A stretch of DNA of 62,522 nucleotides, the filler included, from Chloroflexota bacterium (GTDB lineage: Bacteria; Chloroflexota; Chloroflexia; QHBQ01), in assembly GCA_043754535.1 (NCBI GenBank). It is 6 parts of 6 records of this genome, joined end to end, with 100 filler letters (N's around TTAATTAATTAA, not from the genome) between each part and the next. Parts side by side here need not be neighbours in the genome. Positions count along the whole stretch, not along the records: positions 44,202 to 50,293 come from JAYUUN010000014.1; positions 50,394 to 56,436 come from JAYUUN010000016.1; 4 more parts are not named here. One strand, written 5' to 3'. Of this stretch, positions 47,301 to 55,876 are shown piece after piece. The notes beneath the pieces were generated by a model. That model searched no databases, was not told the origin of the DNA, and was given only the letters and a program-made list of their open reading frames with translations. Both the position numbers and the translations under genes were made by a program. The stretch's first letter is position 1. Each line of letters starts with the position of its first letter.

Positions 47301-48103
47301 TCCTTCACTCTACTCTGGGTGCGCTGGAGACGATGCTGGGCGAGTTGACCCTCGCCCGCACCAACCTGCAAGCGAGCCTGCGGCTCAAACTGGCTGGCAG
47401 CAAGAGCGAGTTGGAGGAGACCAGCTCCTATCTGCTGCTGATCGCGCTGCAACTGGGCGACCTACGAGCCGCCCGTGTTATCGCCGACCGCTGTAGGCGC
47501 GAGCAACTCTGGACTGAGCAGGGCAGCAACAGCTATCCTCAACGCCTCTGTTGGCTACTGGCCTGCTACCAGCGGGCCGCTGGTGAACGGCAGTTGGCCC
47601 AGCACTACCTGGCCGAAGCGCAACGCTACTTCAGTGCGGCCCTGACCGAGAGCGAGACCAAGCTGGCTGAGTACGCCGACGCACAGTGGCGCGACTACTA
47701 CCTGAACATTCACTTCCACCGCGAACTGCTGGCTGCCTACGAACGGGACGAGTGGCCTGCCTACGCCAACCCCGGCTACCAGCGGCCCAGCCCTACCCCC
47801 GCCTGCACCCATTGCCAGAGTACGAACACGGTCAAGGCAGGCCTCAACCCTAGCGGCAGCCAGCGTTATCAGTGCCAGTCTTGCGACCGCTACTTCACCC
47901 CTGACCGCAAGCCGATGGGCCATCAGCCCGATTTGCACGCCGAAGCTGGCCGCCTGCGCCGCGAGGGTCAGAGCCTCAGTGCTATCGCTCGCAGCCTCGG
48001 TGTCAACCGTCAGAGCGTAGCCAACTGGCTGCACGAGCAAGAGGCAAAGTTAGCCTTCTATCTCTACCCTTTTAGCACACCCAGCTACGCTAGTGGTCGA
48101 TAG
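44312..48103 (+). CDS. SARP/BTAD transcriptional activator with STAND (AAA_16) NTPase, TPR region and C-terminal IS1 InsA-like Zn-ribbon + HTH
   Basis: LRIQLFG, LWPD....ARLNLR, WLDVADF, LYQGDLL, DPLHE; FVGRQPEL, GEAGVGKS, LEDMHWA, GNPFFL; CTHCQS...GSQRYQCQSC...IARSLGVNRQSVANW; AGGAGG RBS. Confidence 0.9.
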   Translation: MLRIQLFGHLELTWQDQPLAMLGKTSPLLTYLLLNRHAPVQRDTIAFSLWPDSPETLARLNLRRTLHQLRRSLPPAEDWLTSTADTVQWNPNSDYWLDVADFERLADFPEHLAEAVALYQGDLLPDIDAEWLLYAREWLRYRYQACLERLVVEQHRLRNYPVASHYAAQLLARDPLHEQATRQLMTIRYEMGDRAAALAAYSQFANRLAAELATVPMVATTALYEAIRTDQPLPSFAATVQPPTEGPLPAGLPFVGRQPELDLLTQAWQWAAGGQGALYFLTGEAGVGKSRLCAELAAVVVGQGGWVLRGGTAKGESRPYQAVAAILREAVPLLKAGKIAVPTLRAILPLLPELVSQQTMPLPPLEPERERDRLYQAVAECLTTLAASRPLLLILEDMHWAGQACISLLQSLVGSIGGSAILIVATHREEETGRDHPLREFRRQVTTISRQLALERLSGEAVDELVAQLPGRAPDEEVAAAWYRMSEGNPFFLGELIYSWLGDEQGMNMIEAGPLPLKVQQLLAHRIASLSTNTQLVAEVASVVGASFSLELVGEAAGLSEGQVLSALDQLLDQRLVREGAGGEYGFNHHLIREAFYQRVEAGSRQRRHRRIGLLLEEAAQQQAAEIAAHFAAGGEGEQAQAWYLKAAEQAVSLYADNEALVAADRALLLGNDPYRCFAALALQEGVYHRLGQREQQELVLARLTAIAEELGEADLQAEVLHRRLKRAAVMDRRDERDSLIAALFSLATTSGNQHWQAVALLQQGSSEVVRGDIAGNQHLEAALALFSTLGETDNQVMCYCWLSQAASGALQYERASALLVAARACITPDNWPALRRIVQASIVAAHAQADYAAVHTFASEMLSLCQTIHDVNGEADAYAMLATATYDQQQVQAALDHCEQARRIYVAIGKRMGEAAVLARFGIVYCIVGQNERGLTLLQESADLYAACGNQRGQAAALMQLALHGLWAGRFVEAKRAASEGLRLAQAIGSSWYQEFLHSTLGALETMLGELTLARTNLQASLRLKLAGSKSELEETSSYLLLIALQLGDLRAARVIADRCRREQLWTEQGSNSYPQRLCWLLACYQRAAGERQLAQHYLAEAQRYFSAALTESETKLAEYADAQWRDYYLNIHFHRELLAAYERDEWPAYANPGYQRPSPTPACTHCQSTNTVKAGLNPSGSQRYQCQSCDRYFTPDRKPMGHQPDLHAEAGRLRREGQSLSAIARSLGVNRQSVANWLHEQEAKLAFYLYPFSTPSYASGR

Positions 48104-48138
48104 TCTTGCTCAAAGCTCAAACCTCTACCCTTTTAGCA
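48062..48138 (+). repeat. 16-bp direct repeat CTCTACCCTTTTAGCA, two copies
   Basis: Copies at 48062-48077 and 48123-48138. Confidence 0.85.
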
Positions 48139-48212
48139 GGTGGAGGCTTGTTTTGTCAGGCCCGCCGCGCAGTTCACGCCCAAAATTGCATCTCTCATTC
48201 GCGACTGCTGGG

Positions 48213-48244
48213 TGGACGCTGGCGGAACGCCAATGCGCTATGCT
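48213..48244 (+). promoter_or_regulatory. SARP-box-like promoter
   Basis: TGGACGC (48213) and GGAACGC (48224) with an 11-bp period, then 8 nt, then TATGCT -10. Confidence 0.5.
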
Positions 48245-48276
48245 GGAAGCAGACATGAGCGACAGGAGGGTGGGCA

Positions 48277-48504
48277 GTGGCAGGCAAGCAGGATGAGCGC
48301 GAACACTACGTCTTTATCGTACGCCTTTGGCGCGAACCGGCAGCAGAGGCAATCTGGCGCGGCTCGGTCGAGACGATCCCTTCGGTGGGGGTGCGCTACT
48401 TCGCCGACCTACCCCAACTGAACCACCTGCTCACGGACACGCTGCTCAACCCTTCAACCTCAGCCAGCAAACCAGCGGCTGAACCTGACCCTGGTAAGCA
48501 GTAG
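48277..48504 (+). CDS. small conserved-looking protein (FIVRLWRE...WRGSVE...RYF.DL..L motif)
   Basis: AGGAGG RBS, GTG start; motif type I recall beside BTAD regulators in Chloroflexota (not verified). Confidence 0.75.
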   Translation: MAGKQDEREHYVFIVRLWREPAAEAIWRGSVETIPSVGVRYFADLPQLNHLLTDTLLNPSTSASKPAAEPDPGKQ

Positions 48505-48533
48505 ATACTATCGCATTAGGAAAGGACACAACG

Positions 48534-50293
48534 ATGCAAGTGAACAAACGCAAGCGACTTTGGCCGCAGACTGGAGTAGCTATCATGCTGCTACTAATCA
48601 GCTTGCTGGGGACGGCCCTCAGCGGCAGCAGCCGCTCGGTCGTGGCCCAGCAGAGCCAGCCCACTATCAACCCAGCCGCCCAGTTCGCTGCCCAGCAGCA
48701 AGCCGCCCCCGCTGCCCCTACCATCTGCAACCCCATCGGCTTCAGCAATACCAGCTACTCCGTAGGCTCATCCCCCGTGTCGCTTGCCGTCGGTGAGTTC
48801 AACAACGATGCCCCCCTTGATCTGGTAAGCGCAAACAACGTTTCGAACAATGTGTCGGTGCTACGCGGGGTTGGCAACGGCACTTTCCAGAACGCGGTTT
48901 CCTATGCTGCTGGTCTCGATCTCCGCTCGGTGGCGATTGGCGATTTTGACGGTGACCGCTATGACGACCTCATGGTAGCCAATTCTGATCCGAGTACAGT
49001 TGCGCAGTTGCAGAACTATGGTAATGGCACTTTCGCGCTACCTTACGCCTACAGTGTTGGCGTTAGCCCCCGTTCAGTGACAGTTGGTGACTTCAACCGT
49101 GACAACTACCTCGATGTGGTGGCTGCGAACTCCAATTCTAACAGCGTATCGGTACTGATGAACAGTGACATGGGCTTCCTGCCTGCCATCAACTACGGCG
49201 TAAATAGTCATCCAAAATCAGTCGTGGTTGGCGACCTCAACAACGACGGCAATCCCGATCTCGCCACCGCGAACACTAGCCCCAGCAACGTGTCGGTGCT
49301 GCTTGGCAATGGAAACGGCACCTTCCAGAACCCGGTCAACTTTGGCGTAGGCATTGAACCTTACTCGTTGGCAATTGCTGACTTCAATCGTGATGGCAAC
49401 CTCGACCTTGCTGTTGCGAACAATAGCTCAAACAACGTGTCGGTGCTGCTGGGTAATGGCAGCGGCCTTTTTCAGGCAGCGGTCAATTTTGGGGTGGGTA
49501 CCAACCCCGCCTCAATCGCGGTTGGCGACCTCAACAACGATGGCAACCCTGACCTGGTAACGGCAAACTACGGCTCGAACAACCTATCGGTGTTGCGCGG
49601 CAACGGTGATGGCACTTTCCAGACCGCACTCAACTTCAGCGTGAACGGACCCTACTCAGTGGCGGTTGGCGACTTTAATGGTGATGGCAGGCTCGATCTT
49701 GCATCCACAAGCATAGGTACGAACAGCGTAGTGGTGCTGCTGAACACCTGCGTGACGCTGACCAACACGCCTGCGCCAGCTGCTACCAACACGCCGACCC
49801 GCACCCCGATGGGCGCGACCGCCACCAGCCTGCCGAGCAGCACGGCGGTTGCTTCAACCGCCACCACGCAGCCGACCAACACTGCCGCCGCGACCCAGAC
49901 TCCCGGCGGTGCCACTGCCACCCCTAATTGCACGACCTCGTTCACCGACGTTGGCAGCAGCAACATCTTTTACAACGACATCCTGTTCCTCGCCTGTCGT
50001 GGGGCGATCAGCGGCTTCCCCAATGGCGACGGTACGTTCCGGTTTGAGCCGAACAGCAACACCACTCGCGGTCAGTTCGCGAAGATAGCCACGCTCGGCT
50101 TTGCTCTACCAGCCTTCACCCCAACCACACCCACCTTCAATGATGTGCCATCAAACAACGTCTTCTACCAGTTCGTGGAAGCAGCCGCCCACGCAGGCGC
50201 AATCACCGGCTTCAGCGACAGCACCTTCCGCCCCAACCAGAACGTGACGCGGGCGCAGGTGGCGATTATTACCCTGCGGGCTAGAGGCTATAC
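48534..50293 (+). CDS. secreted FG-GAP/VCBS repeat protein with Thr-rich linker and SLH domains (3'-truncated)
   Basis: About 7 GDFN.DG.LDL..AN..SNNVSVL.GNG.GTFQ repeats; FTDV..SNIFY...LACRG. Confidence 0.92.
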
Positions 50294-50393
50294 NNNNNNN
50301 NNNNNNNNNNNNNNNNNNNNNNNNNNNNNNNNNNNNNTTAATTAATTAANNNNNNNNNNNNNNNNNNNNNNNNNNNNNNNNNNNNNNNNNNNN
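50294..50393. other. artificial contig linker
   Basis: N44-TTAATTAATTAA-N44. Confidence 0.99.
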
Positions 50394-50418
50394 CTCACGC
50401 CGGTAGTGGAGCGTGCCG

Positions 50419-50730
50419 TTAGCTTCGCTTGAAGTCAGGCTGAAGCCCTCGCGGCCCAGCCAGGTAATGAACTCGGTCCCGGAGGTTGATATGGAAGCTC
50501 ACCACCGCCGTGTCGTTGCAGGCCAGCATGAAGCCACCGGGCAAGGGACGAGCGTTGGTCACGAACTGGTAATCCTTGCCCCTGACCTCGGTAGTGATCC
50601 AACCAGCCCCCTGTTGCGCGACTTGCCCTTGCAGCGCGACCGACTTGAGGGTAGCTTGCACCTGATCATGTTTGTTGTCCCACCTCGGCTCAACTAACGA
50701 ATTGTATCCAAGCACCGTTTGATAATCCAT
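50419..50730 (-). CDS. hypothetical protein (MGE-like)
   Basis: 103 aa ORF overlapping the end of the methyltransferase gene. Confidence 0.5.
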   Translation of the reverse strand: MDYQTVLGYNSLVEPRWDNKHDQVQATLKSVALQGQVAQQGAGWITTEVRGKDYQFVTNARPLPGGFMLACNDTAVVSFHINLRDRVHYLAGPRGLQPDFKRS

Positions 50731-52367
50731 GCCTCTGCTTCCGGCACCACAGCCCCACCATACTGTGCCATCTGCTCCCGCTTGTTGCCCAGTACCACAT
50801 GATCAGGGTTAAAGCCCATAATGCGCTTGACTTCAGGGATGGTGATCAGCCGGTGCTTGGAGTTCATCAACACGTCGTCTGAGATGTCTTCTGGCTTGAC
50901 TTTGGTGCCAGCTACCCGCTCCCCCCTGACAACTGCGTGGCGAGGTAGCACGCCGGTGGTGATGGTTGGCATACTGTCGAGTGTGCTACTGTTCGCATCG
51001 CTGCGGCTGTACGAACTGCTCATGAACGTGGTACTGACTACCGCTGTGCGGTTGGAGCCGTCTACCGTCGGTGCAGGGTCGAGCAGCGAGTGCGATGTGT
51101 CGGCGCGGTCATGGTAGGTAGAGAGGAAGCCGTTGTCTGAGGTGATCACTGCGTGACCGTCCCTGGTTGTCACCGTTGGCGCAGAGTCGGTGAGGTGATG
51201 GTAGTGGCCGCCCTCACCGTGATAGCTACTAACGAAGCCTTCTGCCGCCCCGATCAGCGTGTGCGAGTGGGTCGGGGTGATGGTCGGTACCGAGCCGGTC
51301 GGCGCATAGTAGTGGGTGCCGCCACTGTAGTCGCCACTGATGAAGTGGTCAGCAGCTGGGAAGACCGGGTATTGATGATCGCCGGTCGTCACCGTCGGGA
51401 AGCTGGCGAAGGCCGAGGTTGGTGCGTTGTCGGCTCTCATGTTGAGGATGAAGGGGTTACGCCGGGAGGGGTCAAACGGTGGCTCGTTGGCAAGCATCGC
51501 CAGACCTGCCCGCACACGGGCTAGGGTCTTTGGCACCAGGTTCTTGTCGCCGATCCGACTCCCCTTGTCGCTGAGTTCAAGATCGTTGATTGCGGGGGCG
51601 TAGTAAGGTTCGACGCGGCGGGCGCAATATTCGCAGCAGTAGACGTACTGGCCGTTCCGCACACCATAATCTCCATAAGGGAGTGCGCCGCGCTTCCAAC
51701 TCTGGATGCTGTACACGTCCTTGCCGCAGGGTTCACACCACGCCTTTGGCATGAAGTCAAGGTTGGGCAGCGGCAGATCGCTACGCACGAACGTTCCGTA
51801 GTAGCGGCCCCGTGACTGGGTGCTACGGATGAAGCGAGAGTTGAAGAAGACAGCGCGGTACTGGTAGCCAAGCCGCTTGATACGGCTCACCCAGTATTCG
51901 TAGAACCGCCAGGCACAGAAGCGGGGTACGTTCTCGACTATCACCCAGGGGTAGCGATGGTATTCGACAAAGCGGATCACGTCGAGGGCGGTGCAGCGCG
52001 ACCGCTCATAGGCTTCTTCGGCCATCATCTCGGCTTCGGTCGGTTCGTCGTCGAGGTCGGGCAGGGGCAACTGCGCGGTTGGTTTCTTCTTACCGTCGGC
52101 AGTACCCTGGTGGGCGCAGGAAGGAGAGAACAAGCCGAACCAGGTGGAAGGATAGTCGGCGGGTCGAGCTTTCTCCACATCCTGGATGTGAACTATTGTG
52201 TTAGGGAAGTTAGCTTGGTAACTTGCCCCTGCTGTCTTCCAATGGTTGATGGCGGTACGCACTGGCACGCCGTTCTTGGCGGCGGCCTGGCCGGTGCCAC
52301 CGGCCCCGCAGAACACGTCAGTAGCATCCGGCTCAGAGCTAAGAAGACGCGGAATGTAAGTAGTCAT
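50694..52367 (-). CDS. orphan DNA cytosine-5 methyltransferase, phage/MGE type with repeated variable region
   Basis: Motif I DVFCGAGG, IV SPSC, VI VENV, VIII QSRGR, IX RLITIPE..IMGF, X QYGGAV. Confidence 0.92.
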   Translation of the reverse strand: MTTYIPRLLSSEPDATDVFCGAGGTGQAAAKNGVPVRTAINHWKTAGASYQANFPNTIVHIQDVEKARPADYPSTWFGLFSPSCAHQGTADGKKKPTAQLPLPDLDDEPTEAEMMAEEAYERSRCTALDVIRFVEYHRYPWVIVENVPRFCAWRFYEYWVSRIKRLGYQYRAVFFNSRFIRSTQSRGRYYGTFVRSDLPLPNLDFMPKAWCEPCGKDVYSIQSWKRGALPYGDYGVRNGQYVYCCEYCARRVEPYYAPAINDLELSDKGSRIGDKNLVPKTLARVRAGLAMLANEPPFDPSRRNPFILNMRADNAPTSAFASFPTVTTGDHQYPVFPAADHFISGDYSGGTHYYAPTGSVPTITPTHSHTLIGAAEGFVSSYHGEGGHYHHLTDSAPTVTTRDGHAVITSDNGFLSTYHDRADTSHSLLDPAPTVDGSNRTAVVSTTFMSSSYSRSDANSSTLDSMPTITTGVLPRHAVVRGERVAGTKVKPEDISDDVLMNSKHRLITIPEVKRIMGFNPDHVVLGNKREQMAQYGGAVVPEAEAWIIKRCLDTIR

Positions 52368-52636
52368 TGGTTCACCGCCATTGGGCCGTGGTAGATAGTG
52401 TAATCCCCGTAACGATCTTGATATGGCTTCTCTATAGCGTGCAGGGCAGTCTTAACCTCGCCTACCAGCCTACTGCTGAAGAAGTGGTGTACATCCTCTG
52501 ACGATAGAGCCTGCTCGATAACCGTCCGGTAGTCAGTCGGCTCCTTGTATTCCACATCCTTGCTCCTTCTCGGCTGCTCGACTTGGCTGCTCTCGGCCAC
52601 GATGTGTTCAAGCAGATTGGTTGCGTGCAAGGGCAA
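52364..52636 (-). CDS. hypothetical protein
   Basis: 90 aa; ATGA overlap with the methyltransferase start. Confidence 0.55.
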   Translation of the reverse strand: MPLHATNLLEHIVAESSQVEQPRRSKDVEYKEPTDYRTVIEQALSSEDVHHFFSSRLVGEVKTALHAIEKPYQDRYGDYTIYHGPMAVNQ

Positions 52637-52879
52637 ACCGCCCCGCCGCTGATTGACACGCCGCCGGTCGGCTCAACCAGGATGCGGCAGCAGCCGCGCT
52701 CCTTAGACAAACTATCTTGCTGCAAGGCGGTCGCGCTGCCCGCTGGGGCTATGCCGGTGTTGTGGTAGCCGCCGCGCTTCACTCGTGTAATGAAGGCGGT
52801 CACATAGCCTTCATTGGCTAATTATCGCGTAGTATTTTGAGATTGTCAAGGTAAATTAGCTTAATTTTGGAGAACTGGC

Positions 52880-53017
52880 ATGGACGAGTTGAGCAACGAG
52901 CAGGTACGGGCGTTTATTGAGCAGATCACTGATGCGTTACTAAGAGCGGTGCTACTCAACCTGGTGATGAGGGTTGAGCAGCTTGAGGCATCAGCAGCAC
53001 CATACTTCACTGACTAA
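52880..53017 (+). CDS. small hypothetical protein, 45 aa (MDELSNEQVRAFIEQITDALLRAVLLNLVMRVEQLEASAAPYFTD)
   Basis: GGAG RBS, amphipathic helical sequence; below the ORF-track cutoff. Confidence 0.5.
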   Translation: MDELSNEQVRAFIEQITDALLRAVLLNLVMRVEQLEASAAPYFTD

Positions 53018-53084
53018 TATCGTTGTGGACAAGAATGACTGCACTGACCGCACTGGTGGAAGGCGAGTTTGCCGAGCGTGGGGG

Positions 53085-53300
53085 CTACTCACCGAAGCTG
53101 GCATTGCCAACATCGCCTAGTACAATCACCGCCATCCTGATCGACCCTTGCGCCCAGTTGATCATCATTGGCGAACTGGTCATCAAGGTCGGCCAGTTCG
53201 GCGGTGATTGTACTAGGCAAACGAGAGCGGGAAGCCTCCTATGCGCTGCTCTAGTCAGCACCGCCACGTAGACGTAGGTGGTGCGATCCAAAATGTCCAC
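53085..53300 (-). pseudogene. fragment paralogous to the C-terminal half of 53384..53953
   Basis: ILDRTTYVYVAVLTR vs VLDRPTFVYVATMTR. Confidence 0.45.
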
Positions 53301-53383
53301 CTTACTACTGATTACTGGCCGCTCCCTCTTTTGTTCTCAGTGCCGAGCCGCGTTCTTTGGTTACGCCACGCCTACCTGCCAAC

Positions 53384-53953
53384 TTAAGGGTCATGGTCGC
53401 CCTGGGCAGCGGGGCCGACATTAGCCCCGCTGCCCAGGGCTTCGTGCTGCTGGCGGGCCAAGACGAGCAACTCGCCGAGGCTGGCCTGCGCTTGTGGATG
53501 GGCCAGATCATATATTACGCGGGTCATGGTTGCGACATAGACAAAGGTTGGACGATCCAGCACCCGACAGTCCGCCGCCCGCCCAACCCCCCGCGCCTGA
53601 TCCAGAGCCGTCCAGGCGGCGACCTTGAAGCTGACTTGAGCCGAGCGCACCGTCGTGCGCTCGTTGCGCTTCGGCCTCGGCGGGCGGCAATCCTCTGGCG
53701 CGCCTGTGGGGAGCATACCGCCGAACCAATACTGGCCGAGGAGCGTGCAGAGCAACGAGCGCATGCTGGCTTCACCGTGCGCCGCTCGGTAGCGGGCCGC
53801 CACCTCGATGAACCATAGGGCCGCCATGCGGCAGTAGCCCGCTGCATCCTGCCCGGCGCGGGCAAGGTCGAACTGCCCGGCCTCGGCCTCGGTCAGATAG
53901 ATGTTCAGGCGGGGGCTGCGCCCGGTCTTGACCCCGGCGGTTAGCTGGCTCAT
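53384..53953 (-). CDS. putative tandem ribbon-helix-helix regulator, probably leaderless
   Basis: RLNIYLTEAEAGQFDLAR and SAQVSFKVAAWTALDQAR strand-helix-helix patterns; ATG 7 nt after TATAAT. Confidence 0.55.
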   Translation of the reverse strand: MSQLTAGVKTGRSPRLNIYLTEAEAGQFDLARAGQDAAGYCRMAALWFIEVAARYRAAHGEASMRSLLCTLLGQYWFGGMLPTGAPEDCRPPRPKRNERTTVRSAQVSFKVAAWTALDQARGVGRAADCRVLDRPTFVYVATMTRVIYDLAHPQAQASLGELLVLARQQHEALGSGANVGPAAQGDHDP

Positions 53954-53960
53954 GGCTGCC

Positions 53961-54066
53961 ATTATACCATATCCAGTGCCACCATCGGCGGGCCGGTTTA
54001 TTGGTTCCCTACGCCACCGATTTAGCAGCCGCAGCGGTTGACCATGTCCAGTGGATATGGTATAAT
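53961..54066. promoter_or_regulatory. divergent promoters sharing an identical 15-bp TGGATATGGTATAAT element
   Basis: ATTATACCATATCCA (53961-53975) is the reverse complement of TGGATATGGTATAAT (54052-54066); + strand TTGACC - 17 nt - TATAAT. Confidence 0.85.
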
Positions 54067-54109
54067 TAGCATAGTGCGATGAAGGTCAGCACAGCAAGGA
54101 GCTAGCAAG

Positions 54110-55432
54110 ATGGGCGTACTAAGGATGGGCGTACTAATAGAAGCGGCCAAACAGGCGTTGCCAGTAGCGGAGCCGGTGATCAGCCCGGCGATTGACCTGT
54201 CGGAGCGTAGTCGCCAGGCAATCGCGGCAGCCCTCGGCATCAGACCCGATGCCATCGAAGCCGAGTGGCCTAACTTGGTCGCGGCAGGTGGCTTCTTCCA
54301 TGTCAAGATCGGCCACTTTCGAGGTACGACCGATCTCAAGTGGGGCGACCTAGGTCTCACCGCCAAGGCCATGCGTGATGAGGGGGAAGCCGACGAGTCG
54401 GTGCGGCTGTTCCGAGCGGGGCGCAAGTACCTGCTCAAGCCGGAACTGCTCAACCAGATAAACGCGCTTGAGAGCCAAGCGCGTAAGTACCTGTACCGCC
54501 AGATTCAAACGCCGTTCGGGTACTTTGTACCGGTCACGGCAATGAACGGCTTCCTTGACAAGATGGGCCAGCTTCAGGCTAAGTTCTTCGCCCTACGAGA
54601 CGAGATCGTGGCGGGCTACGACCAGCACCGCCGCGAACTGCTGCTTGAGTACGCCCGCCGCGCCCGTGCCTCATGGCGCACCCAGCGCACGCTCGACCCT
54701 GAAAGCATGGACGAGGAGGATCGCCGTTCGGAGAATCGGTCCGTGGCCGCCCAAGTCACCGCCATTGCCGAGCGGATGCCTACCGCTGAGGGGCTGCGGG
54801 ACAGCTTCAGCTTCAGCCTGATCCCACTGGAACTGAACTTGGCTGGGGCCAACCCCAGCCGCAGCCGGATCACCACCGCCAGCGCGATTGGCAGCCTGAT
54901 CGCCCGCGAGAACGAGATCAGCGCAATGCGGCTGCGTTTGGCGCAAACCGCTCAGGTCGAGCAGCAGCGGCAGGTAGGGGAGTTCCTCAAGGACGTGGTG
55001 AGCCACCTCCGCAGCCTGGTGTATGACGCAACCACCGACGTGCTGGCCGCGCTCAAGAAGAACGGGCGGCTGGTCACGCCCTCGATCCTATCGCTCAAGA
55101 ACATGATCGAAGCGGTCGGCAGCCTCAACTTCTACGGCGATGCCGAGATTGAGGCCAGCCTGAACCGAGTGCAGAAGGTCTTGAGCGAGGTGCAGGCCCG
55201 CAGCGCAACCGGGGCGGACATCGAGCGGCAACTACAAGCTATCGCTACCGTCTGCCGCGCTACCCTGCTGGACTTGGGTGAGCAACCCCGCTCTGCGCGC
55301 GACTTGGGCGTAGCCGATAGCCCCAGCGAAGCAGCGGTTGAGGCCGCCCGCCGCATTATCGGAGTCGAGGCTGAGGCCGAAGCCCTGGCCGTGCCGGTTC
55401 GCCGCAGCGTCCCTTTGCAGGATGCCGACTAA
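54110..55432 (+). CDS. DUF3150-like protein
   Basis: V.IG.FRG...L...DLGL, GRKYLL.PE, ESQARKYL, TPFGYFVP, MPTAEGLRDSFSF; AAGGAG RBS. Confidence 0.65.
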   Translation: MGVLRMGVLIEAAKQALPVAEPVISPAIDLSERSRQAIAAALGIRPDAIEAEWPNLVAAGGFFHVKIGHFRGTTDLKWGDLGLTAKAMRDEGEADESVRLFRAGRKYLLKPELLNQINALESQARKYLYRQIQTPFGYFVPVTAMNGFLDKMGQLQAKFFALRDEIVAGYDQHRRELLLEYARRARASWRTQRTLDPESMDEEDRRSENRSVAAQVTAIAERMPTAEGLRDSFSFSLIPLELNLAGANPSRSRITTASAIGSLIARENEISAMRLRLAQTAQVEQQRQVGEFLKDVVSHLRSLVYDATTDVLAALKKNGRLVTPSILSLKNMIEAVGSLNFYGDAEIEASLNRVQKVLSEVQARSATGADIERQLQAIATVCRATLLDLGEQPRSARDLGVADSPSEAAVEAARRIIGVEAEAEALAVPVRRSVPLQDAD

Positions 55433-55452
55433 CAAACCAAAGGAGCTATGCT

Positions 55453-55863
55453 ATGCCCTGTAATGCAGTTGCCACCGTGACTGGTGGTGTGACCAACGAG
55501 ACCTTGCAGCAGCTCCTGGCCGAGAACGAGGTGCAGGTCAAGGCCAGCCTGACCGCTTACCTGGAAGACCGGGTGGCGGGCCGCACGATTGAGGAGCGTA
55601 GCGTCGCGGGCGGCTTCTGCCTGCGGGTCGGTGGTTACTACGGGATCGACATCTTCATTCAGGGTGGCAAGCTCAAGATCAACACCACCTACACCAGCCA
55701 GCGAGCTGAAGCTGAGCAACTGACCGCTGAACTGACCGAGCTGCTCACCATGCTCGGCCACCAGTTGTTCGAGCAGACGGTGGCTGACTTCATCAGCCAG
55801 AACTACAGCGTGGAGCAGAGCCAGCGGGTGGACGACCAGTTGGTGATCACCTTCAACATCTAA
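55453..55863 (+). CDS. hypothetical protein (MPC- N-terminus; possibly DUF1257/Ycf35-like)
   Basis: AAGGAG RBS; C-terminal Y.VE.......LVITF pattern and position in a DUF3150/AAA operon. Confidence 0.55.
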   Translation: MPCNAVATVTGGVTNETLQQLLAENEVQVKASLTAYLEDRVAGRTIEERSVAGGFCLRVGGYYGIDIFIQGGKLKINTTYTSQRAEAEQLTAELTELLTMLGHQLFEQTVADFISQNYSVEQSQRVDDQLVITFNI

Positions 55864-55876
55864 AGGAGCAGCAACC

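Noticed and set aside
47803..48140. Intact IS1 element
   Set aside because: Only an InsA-like module in frame with the regulator; no DDE domain or terminal inverted repeats seen.
54109..54137. Duplicated GATGGGCGTACTAA at the DUF3150-like gene start
   Set aside because: In-frame 15-nt duplication giving two alternative starts; no evidence of function.
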